Source: Spirochaetia bacterium (lineage in GTDB: Bacteria > Spirochaetota > Spirochaetia > CADAEX01). From it: DNA of 64,000 nt. Location: positions 288,001 through 352,000 of the forward strand of contig CAXXHA010000010.1 in NCBI GenBank assembly GCA_963662265.2, in the 5' to 3' direction. This document shows, in pieces, positions 19,732 through 30,060 of the stretch. Position numbers and translations under genes: made by a program. Numbering within the stretch: the first letter of the stretch is position 1; each line of letters begins with the position of its first letter. Under the pieces are notes generated by a model. That model was not told the origin of the DNA and did no database searches. It saw only the letters and a list, made by a program, of their open reading frames with translations.

Positions 19732-21337
19732 ACTCCCGGCTGGCTCTTATAAATTCAACAAACAGAGGATGGGGAGAAAAAGGTTTTGACTTGAATTCAG
19801 GATGATACTGAACACCTACACCCCATGAATGGCTGCCCCATTCAACAGATTCGACAAGAGTTCCTTCCGGATTAAACCCGCTGAGCATAAGACCGGCATC
19901 CTTGAAAACATCCCTGTATTTATTTGAAAATTCATACCTATGTCTGTGCCTTTCCATGATTATATCTTCGTCGTACGCTTTTCTTATTTTTGTATCAGGC
20001 TGAAGATATGTCTTGCTGTCGCCAAGCCTCATTGTTCCGCCGTAAGACTTTATATCAATCTGCTCTTCGAGAAGGCTGATAACAGGATATTCGGCTTCAG
20101 GTGAGAATTCAGTGCTGTTTGCATTCCTGTATTCAAGAACATTTCTTGCATACTCAATAACCATGATCTGCATACCCAGGCATATTCCGAAATAGGGGAT
20201 TCCATTTGTTCGTGCATACTCTGCGGCAATTACCATGCCGTCAATACCCCGCTGGCCGAATCCGCCGGGAACAAGAACACCTTTTATCCCGTCAAACATT
20301 TCAGCAATTGCTTCCTTGTCTGATGAGGCTTTTTCAAGATCTTCTGAATCAATCTTTACAATATCAACTTTAACCTTGTTCGCAATTCCGCCGTGAAAAA
20401 GAGCTTCCACAATTGACTTGTATGTATCGTTAAGATGAATATACTTTCCAACCAGGGCAATCTTTACTGTTTCTTCCGCATTCTTGAAAATATTTACAAC
20501 ATTTTCCCATGGAGTAAGATCTGCCTTGCCGGCATCAATACCAAGCTTCTGAATAGCAACAGCATCAAGATTCTGCTTGTGATACACAAGAGGTATTTCA
20601 TAAATAGTTGTATCCACATCACATGCGGAAATAACAGCATCATCATCCACATTTGTAAAAAGGGCAATCTTGCTCCTCATTGATTTATCCATTTCAAACG
20701 GAACACGGCAGAGAAGAATATCCGGCTGAATACCAAGCTCTCTCAGGGCTTTAACAGAATGCTGTGTCGGCTTTGTTTTAAGCTCCCCCCCTGCAACTTC
20801 AGGAATAAGGGTAAGATGCACATAAATTGCATTGCCCCTGCCCAGATCATGTCTGAACTGCCTGGCTGCTTCAAGAAAAGGAATTGACTCTATATCTCCG
20901 ACAGTTCCCCCGATTTCTATTATAGTAATATCTACATCAGGTTTACTTCCGATAGAAATAATTCTGTTTTTAATTTCATCAGTAATATGAGGGATAACCT
21001 GAACTGTTCTTCCGAGGTATCTACCTTCACGCTCTTTCTGAATTACCGACTGATAAACCTGGCCGGTTGTTATTGAATTTGCCTGACTCAGGGGAGATGA
21101 AGTAAATCGTTCATAATTACCCAGATCAAGGTCGGTCTCTGCACCGTCTTCAGTAACATAGACTTCACCATGCTGGTAAGGACTCATAGTCCCGGGATCC
21201 ACATTAATGTAGGGATCAATTTTAATCATTCTTACACTAAGTCCTCTTCTCTCAAGAAGACTTCCAAGAGATGCGGCTGCAATCCCTTTACCAAGGCTTG
21301 AACAAACACCGCCTGTAACAAATATATACTTATTCAT
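19718..21337 (-). CDS. pyrG: CTP synthase
   Basis: KYIFVTGGVCSSLGKGI, KTKPTQHSV, GICLGMQ, QYHPEF; ATG at 21337. Confidence 0.98.
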   Translation of the reverse strand: MNKYIFVTGGVCSSLGKGIAAASLGSLLERRGLSVRMIKIDPYINVDPGTMSPYQHGEVYVTEDGAETDLDLGNYERFTSSPLSQANSITTGQVYQSVIQKEREGRYLGRTVQVIPHITDEIKNRIISIGSKPDVDITIIEIGGTVGDIESIPFLEAARQFRHDLGRGNAIYVHLTLIPEVAGGELKTKPTQHSVKALRELGIQPDILLCRVPFEMDKSMRSKIALFTNVDDDAVISACDVDTTIYEIPLVYHKQNLDAVAIQKLGIDAGKADLTPWENVVNIFKNAEETVKIALVGKYIHLNDTYKSIVEALFHGGIANKVKVDIVKIDSEDLEKASSDKEAIAEMFDGIKGVLVPGGFGQRGIDGMVIAAEYARTNGIPYFGICLGMQIMVIEYARNVLEYRNANSTEFSPEAEYPVISLLEEQIDIKSYGGTMRLGDSKTYLQPDTKIRKAYDEDIIMERHRHRYEFSNKYRDVFKDAGLMLSGFNPEGTLVESVEWGSHSWGVGVQYHPEFKSKPFSPHPLFVEFIRASREYGKK

Positions 21338-21701
21338 AAGTTGAATTATTTTATACCGGTAAAATATTGTCAATCAGCTGGAATGCAATTATATGACAGA
21401 ATCTCCAAAAACCATGTTTTTTAATTTTGCATAATGTTTAAAAAACTTAAACTTTAGACTCTTTTATTATATTATTTTAATGTATACTTTAAACAAGGTT
21501 TTTTTTCTTACAGATTCTCCCTTTCAGGGAAACCTTACCCCCCTCCGGGAGAGGTGTATTCAGAGCAAATACCAGGGAAATCTGTACCAAATTGCCAGTT
21601 AAAAAACCGGGAAAAGAGAGTTTTTAGATGCGCCTAAAATTAAAAAAGAAATTGACTTTTGAAATTAAAATAATAATACTTATGAGTAACGAAGGAAAAT
21701 A

Positions 21702-22520
21702 ATGTTTTTTAAACTCAGCGACTCAGATTTCAACAAAATTAAAGATCTCATATATGATAAAAGCGGAATTCACTTCTCAGAAAATAACAGATCAATTCTG
21801 GAAAGCAGGCTGTATGAAAGGCTTAAATCGACAAATATTGAGACAATAGCAGATTATTACAGTCTCATAATCAAACAGGAAGAGGAAATGAAGATCCTGC
21901 TTGATTCAGTGACAACAAACCTAACCAGGTTTTTCAGGAACAAGGCACACATGCAGGCTTTTGAATACTACATAATTCCTGAACTTGTAGAATATAAAAA
22001 GAAATCAGGCAGCAGTTCTGTCACATTCTGGAGCGCAGGCTGTTCGACGGGAGAGGAAGCCTATACAATAGCTATGCTGTTCAGCGAATTTCTCCCGCCG
22101 GGAATTGACTGGAAAATTACAGCATCTGATTTGAGCCTTAAATCATTGATGACAGCGAAAACAGGGTTCTATCCGGAAACAAGAATGACAGGCATTCCCG
22201 ATAAATATCTTTCAAAATACTTTGAAAAAACTTCTGACGGATATCAGGTTGTAGACAGCATTAAAAATAAAATAAAATTTGACTACCATAACCTGAAATT
22301 TGACAGCGGCCTTACCAACCTGGATATTATTTTCTGCAGAAATGTGCTTATATATTTTGACGAAGCAGCCCAGAAAAATGTCATAGACAGATTCTGGAAT
22401 TCCATGAACAGACATTCATACCTTGTTATCGGACACTCTGAATCACTTTTTGGAATGGAAACAGAATTCAAATTCAAGAAAACAGACTGGGCAACCTTTT
22501 ATACAAAGATATTAGACTGA
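21702..22520 (+). CDS. cheR: Chemotaxis protein-glutamate methyltransferase
   Basis: TTNLTRFFR, WSAGCSTGEEAYT, FCRNVLIYFD, GHSESL. Confidence 0.96.
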   Translation: MFFKLSDSDFNKIKDLIYDKSGIHFSENNRSILESRLYERLKSTNIETIADYYSLIIKQEEEMKILLDSVTTNLTRFFRNKAHMQAFEYYIIPELVEYKKKSGSSSVTFWSAGCSTGEEAYTIAMLFSEFLPPGIDWKITASDLSLKSLMTAKTGFYPETRMTGIPDKYLSKYFEKTSDGYQVVDSIKNKIKFDYHNLKFDSGLTNLDIIFCRNVLIYFDEAAQKNVIDRFWNSMNRHSYLVIGHSESLFGMETEFKFKKTDWATFYTKILD

Positions 22521-22538
22521 TCAATTTAAGGAAGCGAT

Positions 22539-23657
22539 GTGGAAACTGACAAAATTAAAGTGCTAATTGTAGATGACTCAGCCCTGATGAGAGCATTAAT
22601 CAGTAAAATTGTGGAATCACAGGATGACATGACAGTTGTCGGCAAGGCGATGAATGGTTTATTTGCCCTTCATAAAATCCCTTCACTCAATCCTGATATT
22701 ATCATACTGGACCTTGAAATGCCGGAAATGAACGGAATTGATTTCCTGAAGGAAAAAACAAAACAGGGGATAAATATCCCGGTTATAATACTTTCATCAA
22801 TTGCCAAGAAAGGGGCAAAAATAACATTTGAAGCTCTCTCTGCAGGGGCATCTGATTTTATTACAAAACCGGACGGACAGAAAGCTGACATAAGCTATGT
22901 ATCTGACCAGCTGTGCTCAATGATAAGAGGGTATGTACTCAAGAACTCGGTTGCAAAGGTCCGGCCAGCTCTCAGGGCAGATACCCTGCAGCAGAAAACT
23001 GTTGAAAAAAGAGAGCCGGTTGAAACAAAGAAAACTGTAAAAGAATTTTCAATACCGAAAAAGAAAACTACCGGTAAAATAGAGCTTGTTGCAATAGGTA
23101 TTTCAACCGGCGGGCCAAACGCCCTGAGATACTTTTTTTCAGAGCTGGATAAGGGGTTTAATATTCCGATAGTAATTGTTCAGCACATGCCTGAAGGGTT
23201 TACCGGTGAATTTGCAAAAAGTCTTGATAAGCTGACACACATGAATGTCAAGGAAGCGGAAGAAGGCGACCTGATCAAGCAGGGAAGGGTGCTAATCGCT
23301 CCCGGGAACAGTCACATAAAAGTGAAGAAAAAACGACTGGGCGCAATTGTGACACTGGACAGCAGCGGGAATGTAAACGGACATACCCCTTCGGCAGGAG
23401 TTCTCTTCAACTCTGTTGCGGAGCAGTTTGGAGCTGATTCCATCGGCATTATCATGACAGGAATGGGCAAGGACGGTTCATTCGAGATCGGGGAAATAAA
23501 GAAAGCCGGGGGAATAACCCTTGCACAGGATATGGATTCTTCTGTTGTTTTCGGCATGCCGAAGGTGGCAATTGAAAACAACAATATTGATAAAGTCGTA
23601 TCGCTCGAAGATATGGCAAAGACTCTTAATGAAATAATCAGACAGAATAATAATTAA
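22539..23657 (+). CDS. cheB: Chemotaxis methylesterase/response regulator
   Basis: Receiver + GISTGGP, VQHMP, MTGMGKDG, VFGMPK. Confidence 0.96.
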   Translation: METDKIKVLIVDDSALMRALISKIVESQDDMTVVGKAMNGLFALHKIPSLNPDIIILDLEMPEMNGIDFLKEKTKQGINIPVIILSSIAKKGAKITFEALSAGASDFITKPDGQKADISYVSDQLCSMIRGYVLKNSVAKVRPALRADTLQQKTVEKREPVETKKTVKEFSIPKKKTTGKIELVAIGISTGGPNALRYFFSELDKGFNIPIVIVQHMPEGFTGEFAKSLDKLTHMNVKEAEEGDLIKQGRVLIAPGNSHIKVKKKRLGAIVTLDSSGNVNGHTPSAGVLFNSVAEQFGADSIGIIMTGMGKDGSFEIGEIKKAGGITLAQDMDSSVVFGMPKVAIENNNIDKVVSLEDMAKTLNEIIRQNNN

Positions 23658-23667
23658 GGATTTCACA

Positions 23668-24444
23668 ATGGGATGGTACGGTAAATTTATCGGTGGAGCC
23701 ATAGGCTTCACTTTTCTGGGAGGCCCGTTCGGAGCTATACTCGGCGCCGCAATTGGTCACAGTTTTGACAAGAGAGCTGAAGGGCAGGGAAGCTACAACA
23801 GCGGAGGAAGGACTTCTGCCGGTGCAGGCTTCACTGCAACAGATCAGGCGCAGATGACTTTTTTTGTGGCAACATTTTCCATGCTCGGAAAACTTGCAAA
23901 GGCGGACGGCCATGTATCACAGGAGGAGATAAACACAATTGACCGTTTCATGACTTCAACACTTAGACTCGGAAACCAGGAAAAAAGCTTTGCAATGAGA
24001 ATAGTAAATACGGCGGCAAATTCTTCAGAATCTTTCGAGAAATTCGCCCATCAGTTTTATTCAGCATTCAGGGGACAGCCACAGCTTATCAACACGATGA
24101 TGGATATACTGCTGCAGGTTTCTATCGCAGATAAAGTACTGAGCCCGGAAGAGGAAAAACTGATAAACCAGGCAGCTTCAATCTTCAATATAAGCAGCAC
24201 AACACTTGAAAACATGAAAGCCCGCTATTTCAGCAGCACAGACAAGTATTATTCAGTACTCGGCTGCAGAAGAAGCGATTCCACAGATACTATAAAAAGC
24301 ACATACAAGAGACTTGTAAAGGAATATCACCCCGACATCATTGCTTCAAAAGGTCTTCCCGAGGAATTTACAAAATTTTCAGCAGAGAAATTCAGGGAAA
24401 TAAATACAGCCTATGAAAAAATCAGGGAGGAAAGAAATTTCTGA
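23668..24444 (+). CDS. djlA: DjlA-like co-chaperone (TM + TerB + J domain)
   Basis: GKFIGGAIG..GAILGAAIGH, AKADGHVS, C-terminal J domain with HPD. Confidence 0.88.
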   Translation: MGWYGKFIGGAIGFTFLGGPFGAILGAAIGHSFDKRAEGQGSYNSGGRTSAGAGFTATDQAQMTFFVATFSMLGKLAKADGHVSQEEINTIDRFMTSTLRLGNQEKSFAMRIVNTAANSSESFEKFAHQFYSAFRGQPQLINTMMDILLQVSIADKVLSPEEEKLINQAASIFNISSTTLENMKARYFSSTDKYYSVLGCRRSDSTDTIKSTYKRLVKEYHPDIIASKGLPEEFTKFSAEKFREINTAYEKIREERNF

Positions 24445-25012
24445 CATCAAGCTTGCTGTTTTCCCGGGCAACCCGGGAAACAAATATGCAATGACCCGCC
24501 ACAACCTTGCATGGCTCCTCCTGGACAATTCTTCGCAATATAAAAATCCTGTATGGCAGAAAAAATTCAAGGGTGTTTACTCAAAGGAAATTTTCACTCA
24601 AGGCTGCATTGCGCTGAAACCTGAAACATTTATGAATAAAACAGGGGAATCTGTAAGGGCGGCAGCAGACTTCTTCAAACTGAAGGCTGAAAATATAATT
24701 GTCTGTCACGATGATATAGAACTTGAATTCGGGGAAGCTTCGTTTAAAAAAGGGGGGGGAGCAGCAGGCCATAACGGGCTGAGATCTGTAAAACAGCACC
24801 TCGGGACTGATTCCTTCTACCGCTTCAGGCTCGGAGTTTCAAGGCCTTCAAGAGGAGGCGTGGATTCGCATGTTCTCGGCCGGTTCACAAAAGATGAGGA
24901 GGCAGCTCTCCCTCTTTTTCTTGATAAAGCTTCAGAGCTTCTGGCTAAGTTTATTTCAGAGAACAGTGAAGCACTCCTGAAAAAAAATAAACAGAAGCTT
25001 ATTAATTTCTAG
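24413..25012 (+). CDS. pth: Peptidyl-tRNA hydrolase
   Basis: GNPG..Y..TRHN, KPETFMN, HDDIE, GHNGLRS; exact start uncertain. Confidence 0.93.
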   Translation: MKKSGRKEISDIKLAVFPGNPGNKYAMTRHNLAWLLLDNSSQYKNPVWQKKFKGVYSKEIFTQGCIALKPETFMNKTGESVRAAADFFKLKAENIIVCHDDIELEFGEASFKKGGGAAGHNGLRSVKQHLGTDSFYRFRLGVSRPSRGGVDSHVLGRFTKDEEAALPLFLDKASELLAKFISENSEALLKKNKQKLINF

Positions 25013-25180
25013 ACAGTTAATCCCTACTCAGACTTCAACGGCAATTTACCGCCCCTCCTCATGATGAATTCCGGGAATAATTTGTTTTTATTCACCAAAA
25101 GGGTCCCGTCTTCCGCAGCCTGCAGCAAGCTGCTGATATTTGCTTCAGTAAAAAAGCTTAAAAAGGCCCGGCCACAACTA

Positions 25181-26344
25181 TCACACCTTCCTCACAATGA
25201 AAATAACAGCAAGCAGCAGCGGAATTGCAGCTGCCCCAACCCAGAACAAGCCGGCCCCTGAGTAAACAGCAAAACCGATAAGAGGCCCGGCTGCCGTACC
25301 GCAGTCATTGAATGTTGTAAACCGGCTCATGAAAATCGCCTGCCTGTCTTTCGGAGCCCTGTCTCCAGCATAGGAATAGATAATAATCCCGTTGGCACAT
25401 GAAATAATAAAGTGCGCCAGAATAAGTGCCAGAAGCACATACCACAGCTCAACAGTTATAAAAAAGTAAATTACAACAATCTCGGAGAGTATAAAAAATA
25501 CAAGAGCCTTCTTCCGCCCTGTCCTGTCGCATATCCACCCTATCAGCGGAGCTATGAATGTAATAAAATGCCTTGACCCGACAAGTATCCCGGTAAGGGA
25601 GGCTGCCCCGAGAGTAACAGGGAGAGAGGGGACAATCCTGTCCACAACAATACGCCCTGTAAGATTTGTAAGCATCTGGTCCACAAGAACTATCATGAAA
25701 ACAGATAATCCGAGAAAAACAAGAGTCCTGACATCTTTCCGGTTATCAAGACTGCTTCCTGCATCGCCGGCCTTCCTTCCTGCTGAAAGATGCTCCTGCC
25801 CCTTCATGAAAAATGTTGATAAAAATACAATCAGGCCGAAAAGGACAAATGTCAGTTTTATTCCAATAATATCTGCAAGAATTCCGCCCAGCATAGCACC
25901 CCCGCCTGCTCCGAATCTGGTTATAGTCTGGTAGACGGCAAATATCCTGCTCCTGTTTTCTGATGTTGAGACCTTTAATGCGGAAAGATATCCCTCAATT
26001 CTCAGAAGAGAGAAACACGCTCCCCACAGGAGCCTCGAAACAAGGATTCCGTAAAATCCCCAGGGTATGATGTAGCTGAAGGTAATGAGACATGCCAGAA
26101 GAGCCCCGAAAATCAGGGGCCGCAGTGTGGGATCATTATTGACAACTCGGCCTGCAATTTCATTTGTTATAAGACGGATAATCCTGTTCGCCGAAAGAAG
26201 AATACCGATCTGCCATATCCTGATATTGAAAAATTCCGGGGAAGAGGGAAGTATTGTATATATCATCCCGTCACCCAGCAGAGATACAGAGACAATAAAG
26301 GATGTCAGCCAGAACCTGGTTTCATCTTTAGTTAATTTTTTCAT
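25181..26344 (-). CDS. MFS transporter
   Basis: About 12 hydrophobic segments; GWICDRTGRKK MFS loop motif. Confidence 0.88.
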   Translation of the reverse strand: MKKLTKDETRFWLTSFIVSVSLLGDGMIYTILPSSPEFFNIRIWQIGILLSANRIIRLITNEIAGRVVNNDPTLRPLIFGALLACLITFSYIIPWGFYGILVSRLLWGACFSLLRIEGYLSALKVSTSENRSRIFAVYQTITRFGAGGGAMLGGILADIIGIKLTFVLFGLIVFLSTFFMKGQEHLSAGRKAGDAGSSLDNRKDVRTLVFLGLSVFMIVLVDQMLTNLTGRIVVDRIVPSLPVTLGAASLTGILVGSRHFITFIAPLIGWICDRTGRKKALVFFILSEIVVIYFFITVELWYVLLALILAHFIISCANGIIIYSYAGDRAPKDRQAIFMSRFTTFNDCGTAAGPLIGFAVYSGAGLFWVGAAAIPLLLAVIFIVRKV

Positions 26345-26392
26345 ATTATTTCCGGTTATTTTCCTGTAGCCTGAATGATATGCCTGCAGACT

Positions 26393-26980
26393 TTATACAG
26401 GCAGTCTGTGCTGAAGAGACCGTGTAAGTGTTAATTTATCTGTATATTCAATATCACCGCCGACAGGGAGACCTGAGGCAAGCTTTGTTATTTTAATATT
26501 TTTGCCTTCAAGCTTCTGCCGGATATAGAGAGCTGTTGTATCTCCCTCTACAGAGGGATTTGTGGCAATAATGATTTCATTCACATTGTTGTCATCAATT
26601 CTTCTTATGAGTTTTCCAATATTGAGTTTTTCCGGGCCGATCCCGTTTATCGGGGAGAGAAGCCCCATAAGGACATGATAAACCCCGTTAAACGCGCCTG
26701 TTGATTCTATTACGCTGATATCCTGCGGCATTTCCACAATACAGATAAGACTTCTGTTCCGCTGTTCATCAGAGCATACAGAACAGATATCATCTTCTGT
26801 ATAGTTGCCGCAGACAGAACAGTTTTTTATCCTTTCCCGCGCCTCTTTGATGGAAGAGGAAAGCGAATCAATATAACCGAGGTCTGCCTTCAGCAGATGA
26901 TATGCAATCCTTGTGGCACTTTTTCTGCCGATTCCCGGCAGCGAGGATAAATTTTTAATCAGAATATCAAGAACTGTCAT
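26393..26980 (-). CDS. recR: Recombination protein RecR
   Basis: LPGIGRKSATRIA, C4 zinc finger, Toprim IIATNPSVEGDTTA; ATG 26980. Confidence 0.96.
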   Translation of the reverse strand: MTVLDILIKNLSSLPGIGRKSATRIAYHLLKADLGYIDSLSSSIKEARERIKNCSVCGNYTEDDICSVCSDEQRNRSLICIVEMPQDISVIESTGAFNGVYHVLMGLLSPINGIGPEKLNIGKLIRRIDDNNVNEIIIATNPSVEGDTTALYIRQKLEGKNIKITKLASGLPVGGDIEYTDKLTLTRSLQHRLPV

Positions 26981-26996
26981 TATTCTGCCCTTGAAA

Positions 26997-27335
26997 TCAC
27001 CCTGTAAAACCGGGAAATCCCGGAGGAATTCCAAGCCCGCCGGTCATCGAAGATATTTCGCTGTTAATTCTTTCCTTGACATTTGCAATAGCATCGTTGA
27101 ACGCGGCAAGGACAAGATCTTCTGTCAGTTTGCTGTTCTCAGGATCTATTGCTTCGGGAGATATTTTTATTGAGACAACCTGCATGTTTCCATTCATTTC
27201 TATACAGACCATATCGCCGCCGGCATAACCGGATGCTCTTATCTGTGAAAACTTAGCCTGCATTTCAGACATCTTACTCTGCAGCCCCTGTACATTTTTA
27301 AACAGTTCTTCCGGGTTAAAATTCATAACTGTCAT
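26997..27335 (-). CDS. ybaB: YbaB/EbfC nucleoid-associated protein
   Basis: GYAGGDMV, EDLVLAAFNDA; between dnaX and recR. Confidence 0.93.
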   Translation of the reverse strand: MTVMNFNPEELFKNVQGLQSKMSEMQAKFSQIRASGYAGGDMVCIEMNGNMQVVSIKISPEAIDPENSKLTEDLVLAAFNDAIANVKERINSEISSMTGGLGIPPGFPGFTG

Positions 27336-28890
27336 CCTTTACTATCTTTGTTTCAAGGACTTCACCCTTGAATATTTTTTTTACAAGTTCAACCTGTTCG
27401 CTGACTTCGCCGCTTTCAGAAGAATTATCCTCAGATTTCCCCTTTTCCTCAATTCTGACTTCTATTTTCAGGTTTTCTCCTGTTACCTTCTGAAGTTCTT
27501 CCGCGATTACAGTCTTTCCCCTGGTAAGGGTATCTGCTGAAAATTTATCATTGCAGAATATAATAAGTGTATCGCCCTTTTTTTCCCAGCTGCTGCTTTT
27601 TGATGCAGAGGAAGAGAGGGCAAAATCATGTTTTTTAATTTCAGAAGCTACCTGGTCCCTGTAGGCTGTATAATCCTCAGGTCCTGAGAGCTCTTCCTTC
27701 CCAGACTTGTTTTCGCTGTCAGGCTGAATACTCTTGAGGTCCAGAGTCTTCAGTTCATCTTTCAGACCCCTTATTTTTTTCAAGTATTGTCTTTTCACTG
27801 ATATAGCTGGACAGTGTTGCCAGCCTGCTGATAACAAGCTCAAGCTCAAATCTCTGGTTGAGAGAATACCTGATATCCCGGTAAAGCTTCAGAAGCAGGG
27901 AAAGAGCGTATTCTATCTGTTCAGATGAAAATGCTTTTACAGCTTTCTCGGAAAAGCGGTCTGCTGGAAACCCCAGAATTCCTTCCTTTCTTATACCTGC
28001 ATTTATCAGGAGAATATTTCTGAAATACTCGGTTAGCTCGATTACAAACTGCTCAACAGAAATTCCCCTGTCCAGAATGGAATTCACATAGTTCATTGAT
28101 TCTGAAACATCTGCATCGGCAAAAGTTTCAACTGTGCTGTTTATATCATCAAGACCTACAAGCCCGAGTTTCTCCTTGATTTTTTCAAGTGTGATTTCAT
28201 TGTCGGAAAAAGAAGCAACCTGGTCAAAAAGAGTATACGCATCCCGGAGAGATCCGGTTCCCTCCTTTGCTATCCAGAAAAGAGCATCGCTTTCCGCGCT
28301 TATATTGTTTTCCCCTGCAGACATCTTCAAGCAGCTGCTTGATAATCTCAAGAGAAATAAGCCTGAAGTTAAACTGCTGGCATCTTGATTTTATAGTTGC
28401 GGGAACCTTGTGAATTTCTGTAGTCGCAAAAATAAAAACAATATAGGGAGGAGGTTCTTCAATTGTCTTGAGAAGAGCATTGAAAGCGCTGTTTGACAGC
28501 ATATGAACTTCATCGATTATATATATTTTGTACCTGGAACTGTTGGGTGCAAAAAGAACTTCATCTTTTATCTCCCTCACATCATTTACAGATGTGTTTG
28601 ACGCTCCGTCGATTTCTATTACATCGAGCGAGTTTCCAGCGCTGATTTCCCTGCAGCTTGCACATTCCCCGCAGGGATTTTCCGCAGGCCATTTTTCACA
28701 ATTGATTGCTTTTGCAAGAATTCTCGCAGCAGATGTTTTTCCGACACCTCTGGGACCGGAAAAAAGATATGCATGCGCTATTCTGCTGTTTAAAACTGAT
28801 TTTTTCAGACTTGTAGCAACAAATTCCTGTCCTGCAAGCTGATCAAACGTAGTTGGTCTTTTTTTTGGATGCAGTTACTTCATATGCCAT
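27316..28890 (-). CDS. dnaX: DNA polymerase III gamma/tau, reading frame broken by three +1 homopolymer indels (probable sequence errors)
   Basis: MAYEVTASKK|RPTTFDQLAGQEFV...HAYLFSGPRGVGKTS...IIDEVHMLS..AFNALLKTIEEPP..TIKSRCQ...GSLRDAYTLFDQ. Frame breaks at T8 28859-28866, C4 28312-28315 and T7 27774-27780; removing one base at each gives one ~523-aa ORF. Confidence 0.92.
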
Positions 28891-29148
28891 GATCTGTTAT
28901 TTACGGGCACCTCTAAATTAACATTTTATAAGATATTTTCCACGGAAAAATTCCGGGATAAATGAAACAATCAGAAAAACACGGAGTGCTTCTCTTCTTT
29001 ATTGAAATAATAACCTTAATTCCGCACTAAAGACAATCCCGTTTAAACAAACAATGGAAATCGGTAATAAAATAAAAAAGAATTTCTCTGTATCAGGAAA
29101 AATCCGTGCAGATTAACAGAAAAGTTTATAAAAAGAGCAAAAAAAAAA

Positions 29149-29260
29149 CCTCCAGCTGTCAAGCTGGCTGTGTCACACTGCTCAGTCACTTACCGCTGCT
29201 ACCTTCCGGTCCTGACGGGGTTGGGTGAAAAGCAATTGCACAGGGCCTGACAACTGAAGG
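29149..29260 (-). ncRNA. ffs: Bacterial small SRP RNA (4.5S)
   Basis: Helix-8 motif CAGGACCGGAAGGTAGCAGC; ends pair (CCTTCAGTTGTCAGGC/GCTTGACAGCTGGAGG); followed by U-run; upstream of dnaX as in many bacteria. Confidence 0.93.
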
Positions 29261-29264
29261 AATA

Positions 29265-29349
29265 CGGAGAGAGGGGGATTCGAACCCCCGGTACCTTGCG
29301 GTACATACGCTTTCCAAGCGCACTCCTTCGGCCTCTCGGACATCTCTCC
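29265..29349 (-). tRNA. tRNA-Ser(GGA)
   Basis: GGAGAGA acceptor, anticodon loop TTGGAAA, long variable arm, TTCGAAT T-loop; CCA not encoded. Confidence 0.95.
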
Positions 29350-29374
29350 TATTTCAGCCACTATCAATGTGTTC

Positions 29375-29514
29375 CGGAGAGAGAGGGATTTGCCTTACAA
29401 GTCCGGACGTCCTGTCCGACCTTTTCAGGCCGCTCGGCAAGCTGGCGCCCCGGCGTCCTGCCGGTCTTACCCTTTCGGGCGCTTGCAGGAGATCAAATCC
29501 CACTTCAACCTCCG
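29375..29514 (-). other. GC-rich structured element ending in a copy of the tRNA-Ser 3' end
   Basis: Closing stems CGGAG/CTCCG and GGGATTTG/CAAATCCC; internal GAAA tetraloop and two CAGGACG-loop hairpins. Confidence 0.6.
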
Positions 29515-29562
29515 TATTTAAGGCAAAAAGCATGATTGTTGCTTATCTGCCACAGATAAAAA

Positions 29563-29650
29563 CGAGAGAGAGAGGGATTTGAACCCTCGGAACTGTAAAC
29601 AGCTCAACGGATTTCGAATCCGCCCGATTCAGCCACTCTCGCATCTCTCC
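29563..29650 (-). tRNA. tRNA-Ser(CGA)
   Basis: Anticodon arm GCGGA-TTCGAAA-TCCGT, long variable arm; 3' acceptor strand has one extra nucleotide (probable error). Confidence 0.9.
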
Positions 29651-29660
29651 AAGCGAAAAG

Positions 29661-29734
29661 TGTGCCCAAGAGGATTCGAACCTCCGACCTTTAGATCCGC
29701 AATCTAATGCTCTATCCAGCTGAGCTATGGGCAC
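29661..29734 (-). tRNA. tRNA-Arg(GCG)
   Basis: GTGCCCA acceptor, anticodon arm TTAGA-TTGCGGA-TCTAA, GGAGG-TTCGAAT-CCTCT. Confidence 0.95.
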
Positions 29735-29852
29735 AAGTAAAAAAGTATTGCCCCGAAAAATACTGCACAGGTTAGAACCTGAATCAATACATACCTGATA
29801 TCTCAAAGCAGGACGTTGTGTTAATTATATGCAGCATTTGGATAAAAAAAAA

Positions 29853-29940
29853 CGGAGAGGGAGGGATTCGAACCCTCGGTACCCGCAATGGATACAACTC
29901 CTTAGCAGGGAGCCCGATTCAACCACTCTCGCACCTCTCC
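29853..29940 (-). tRNA. tRNA-Ser(GCT)
   Basis: Anticodon arm GCTCC-CTGCTAA-GGAGT, long variable arm. Confidence 0.95.
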
Positions 29941-29960
29941 AGTGAATCCGAAAAATTATA

Positions 29961-30045
29961 CGGAGAAGGTGGGATTCGAACCCACGGACGCTTGCACGTC
30001 AACAGTTTTCAAGACTGCCTCCTTCGACCACTCGGACACCTCTCC
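29961..30045 (-). tRNA. tRNA-Ser(TGA)
   Basis: Anticodon arm GCAGT-CTTGAAA-ACTGT, long variable arm. Confidence 0.95.
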
Positions 30046-30060
30046 ATCAATTGCCTTTGC

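Noticed and set aside
27316-28890. dnaX as a genuine pseudogene
   Set aside because: Essential gene with intact motifs; all breaks are single extra bases in homopolymers clustered in one region
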